Shown piece by piece: positions 62,055 through 64,000 of a stretch of 64,000 nucleotides of DNA. Location: IMG/VR virus record IMGVR_UViG_3300025913_000028. One strand, given 5' to 3'. The notes below the pieces were generated by a model. It searched no databases, was not told where the DNA came from, and worked only from the letters and a program-made list of their open reading frames with translations. Position 1 is the first letter of the stretch. Every line of letters begins with the position of its first letter. The translations under genes were made by a program, and so were the position numbers. The stretch comes from an uncultured virus (IMG/VR IMGVR_UViG_3300025913_000028). Its lineage: Duplodnaviria; Heunggongvirae; Uroviricota; Caudoviricetes.

Positions 62055-63872
62055 ATGCCGGCACAGTTCCGCATCGACCAGGTCACCCCCGGCGCAGGGG
62101 TAGCGGGACGCTCGCGCCACGATCTCATCCCCGGCGAGATCATCACGCTCAACGCGACGAGTCCGGCTCCGGGAGCTGGTGTCACGTACACGTGGGAGAT
62201 CATCGACAAGCGCGGCTCCTCCGCAGTGCTGTCGAGCAGCACCGGGCAGACGGTCACGATCGGCATCGCTGGGCTGATCGTGCGCCCGAGCTCGTTCTTG
62301 ATCGAGCTCACCGTCAACGACAACGGCGTCATCACGAAGTCTCGTCGCATCGCCTCGGTGCGCACGTTGAACGCTCAACTTCGTGTTCCGGTCTACGTCG
62401 AGACCGCTCCGGAGGCGAACAAGCTCAGCGTCCACGATGCTGACCTCGCCACCGACAACGCTCTCTACCCGAACCGCTCAGGCCTCGGCGTCTCCGAGCA
62501 GAACTGGGCGGGCTGGTCGGAGTGGGCGTGGGAGATCGTGCAGGCTGTCGAGAGCTCGATCGGCTCCTCGGGCCCTCCATCCGGTCCGGCTGGTGGTGAC
62601 CTCGCCCTGACGTACCCGAACCCGCGGGTCGCCAAGCTCTACGGCATCGCGATCGACCCTTCAGCGGCGTCGCCGGCGACGGGCTCAGTGCTGAAGTACG
62701 ACGGCACCAACTACAAGCCCGTCCAGGTCAGCGGCAAGAAGTACAACAAGGTCGTGGTGGGCTGCTCGGGTCAAGGAGACACGGCTGCTGACTGCGACTT
62801 CCTCGACAACGGGAACTGCCTCGGCATCGTCGCCGCACTCGCTTCTCTCGGTGGCCAGGGTGGTGACGTTTTCGTTCGCCCAGGCAACTACACGTTGAAC
62901 GCAAGTGACAGTGCTTCCACGCCGCTCGTCATCAACAATGCCCGCCTGATCTTCGCCAGTAAGGCAAGCTGCACCCTCACTGCCCGGATGACCCCGGGGG
63001 TCGGCCAGTCGATGTCGATCTTCAACATCCAGGGCGGGTCCGTCGAGAACCTCACGATCTTCATCGACGCCCCAGGCTCCATGAACGGAGGCTCTGAAAC
63101 CACGTTCGTCGATGTGAGCAGCGTCAGCCGGATCAAGAACATCGACATCTACATGGGGACGATCCTGACCGGAGCTTCGGTGAACTTCGGCAACATCCAC
63201 AGCGTCGTTCAGTTCGCGGGAGGGGCGATTCTCGAAGACGTCGTGATCTACGGGCCGCCCAGCTTCATCACTTCGGGTAGCGGCGTCCTCACCTGCTTCT
63301 ACGGAACAGGAACTTCGGGATTCGACCCGTTCTACGTCATCCGCTGCCGTACCAGCACCTTCGACATCACGCGCGGAGGAGACATCGGCTTCTCTTCCGA
63401 CTACGGCCCGGGCTACTTCGTGGAGTGTGCACCGACGGATGCACTGGAGACGGGCTTCCTCCTCTACCGACAGGCGCAGGGAGTGCAGATCATCTCTCCG
63501 ACGGTGGTGTGGACGGCCACTGATGCCTTCGGTCGAGCTGCCTTCTCTTTCGGCGATGGTGACCCTTCCGACCGAGTCATCGATTGCAGCGTGCGGGGTG
63601 GCTACGTCGACGGGATGTCCTCGCTCGGCACGGGGGCAGTGCTCTTCGCCACCGATTCCGGGGGCAACCTGAATCGGAACAAGATCCACGGGCTGAGCAT
63701 CAGGAACTTCTCGAAGGCAGTGCTAGTTGCGAGCGGTGGGTTGGGCACCATCGACTCGAACGACATCCAGTTCTGCACCTTCAAGGGTGTCACTACCCCC
63801 TTCGACACAGACGGTACGGATACCAACACCGTGTTCGACAACAACATCAACGACACGGGTGGTGGAGCATGA
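62055..63872 (+). CDS. Tail fibre/spike-like virion protein (Ig-like N-terminus, beta-helix C-terminus)
   Basis: TYTWEI; GPAGGDL..YPNP.V; GGDVFVRPGNY beta-helix entry; G/S/T/N-rich. Confidence 0.65.
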   Translation: MPAQFRIDQVTPGAGVAGRSRHDLIPGEIITLNATSPAPGAGVTYTWEIIDKRGSSAVLSSSTGQTVTIGIAGLIVRPSSFLIELTVNDNGVITKSRRIASVRTLNAQLRVPVYVETAPEANKLSVHDADLATDNALYPNRSGLGVSEQNWAGWSEWAWEIVQAVESSIGSSGPPSGPAGGDLALTYPNPRVAKLYGIAIDPSAASPATGSVLKYDGTNYKPVQVSGKKYNKVVVGCSGQGDTAADCDFLDNGNCLGIVAALASLGGQGGDVFVRPGNYTLNASDSASTPLVINNARLIFASKASCTLTARMTPGVGQSMSIFNIQGGSVENLTIFIDAPGSMNGGSETTFVDVSSVSRIKNIDIYMGTILTGASVNFGNIHSVVQFAGGAILEDVVIYGPPSFITSGSGVLTCFYGTGTSGFDPFYVIRCRTSTFDITRGGDIGFSSDYGPGYFVECAPTDALETGFLLYRQAQGVQIISPTVVWTATDAFGRAAFSFGDGDPSDRVIDCSVRGGYVDGMSSLGTGAVLFATDSGGNLNRNKIHGLSIRNFSKAVLVASGGLGTIDSNDIQFCTFKGVTTPFDTDGTDTNTVFDNNINDTGGGA

Positions 63873-64000
63873 CGGCCAAGTCCCTCCCGGCCCAGCAGAA
63901 CCGCTTCTGGCCGCCCTCCACCACGGACTACGGTACGGCTGCGGCTGAACCACTTCTGCGACAGGGCGACATCTACTACAACACGACGAGCTTGCTCTAC
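63869..64000 (+). CDS. Start of a probable tail-fibre-associated protein (partial)
   Basis: ATGA overlap; GDIYYNTT motif. Confidence 0.55.
   Translation, partial: MTAKSLPAQQNRFWPPSTTDYGTAAAEPLLRQGDIYYNTTSLLY

Noticed and set aside
1..64000. tRNA, rRNA, CRISPR array, integrase or IS elements
   Set aside because: None recognised by eye; intergenic gaps are short and occupied by hairpins and promoter motifs. tRNAscan-SE and Infernal were not run

Overview
64 kb of a large, high-GC dsDNA bacteriophage genome. About 110 tightly packed genes all lie on the + strand, many coupled by ATGA/GTGA stop-start overlaps. I saw no rRNA, tRNA, CRISPR array or IS. A DAG-repeat RCC1-type lipoprotein hints at a myxobacterial host (inference). 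Motif-recognisable products: split RecD2 helicase, two HNH-type nucleases, Mesh1/SAH-like HD hydrolase, NDP kinase, two SLOG proteins, gp88-like protein, RNase HII, ATP-dependent DNA ligase, ACP-like protein, Thg1, MT-A70 methylase, HicB, Spo11/TopoVI-A-like TOPRIM protein, matrixin and C1 peptidases, GroES-like co-chaperonin, and tail-fibre-like genes at the right end. Most notable observations: (1) a recurrent phage promoter-like motif CTAT(C/A)A(G/A)-N4-A that often sits on an ATG and feeds micro-ORF relays into the main gene; (2) an ACP whose phosphopantetheine Ser is replaced by Asp; (3) chimeric genes carrying isolated fragments of core enzymes, including PolA motifs; (4) a probable -1 programmed frameshift (A AAA AAT); (5) long G.U-rich intergenic hairpins; (6) two repeat-tract frameshifts. 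All functional calls come from motif recognition by eye; no database search was run.
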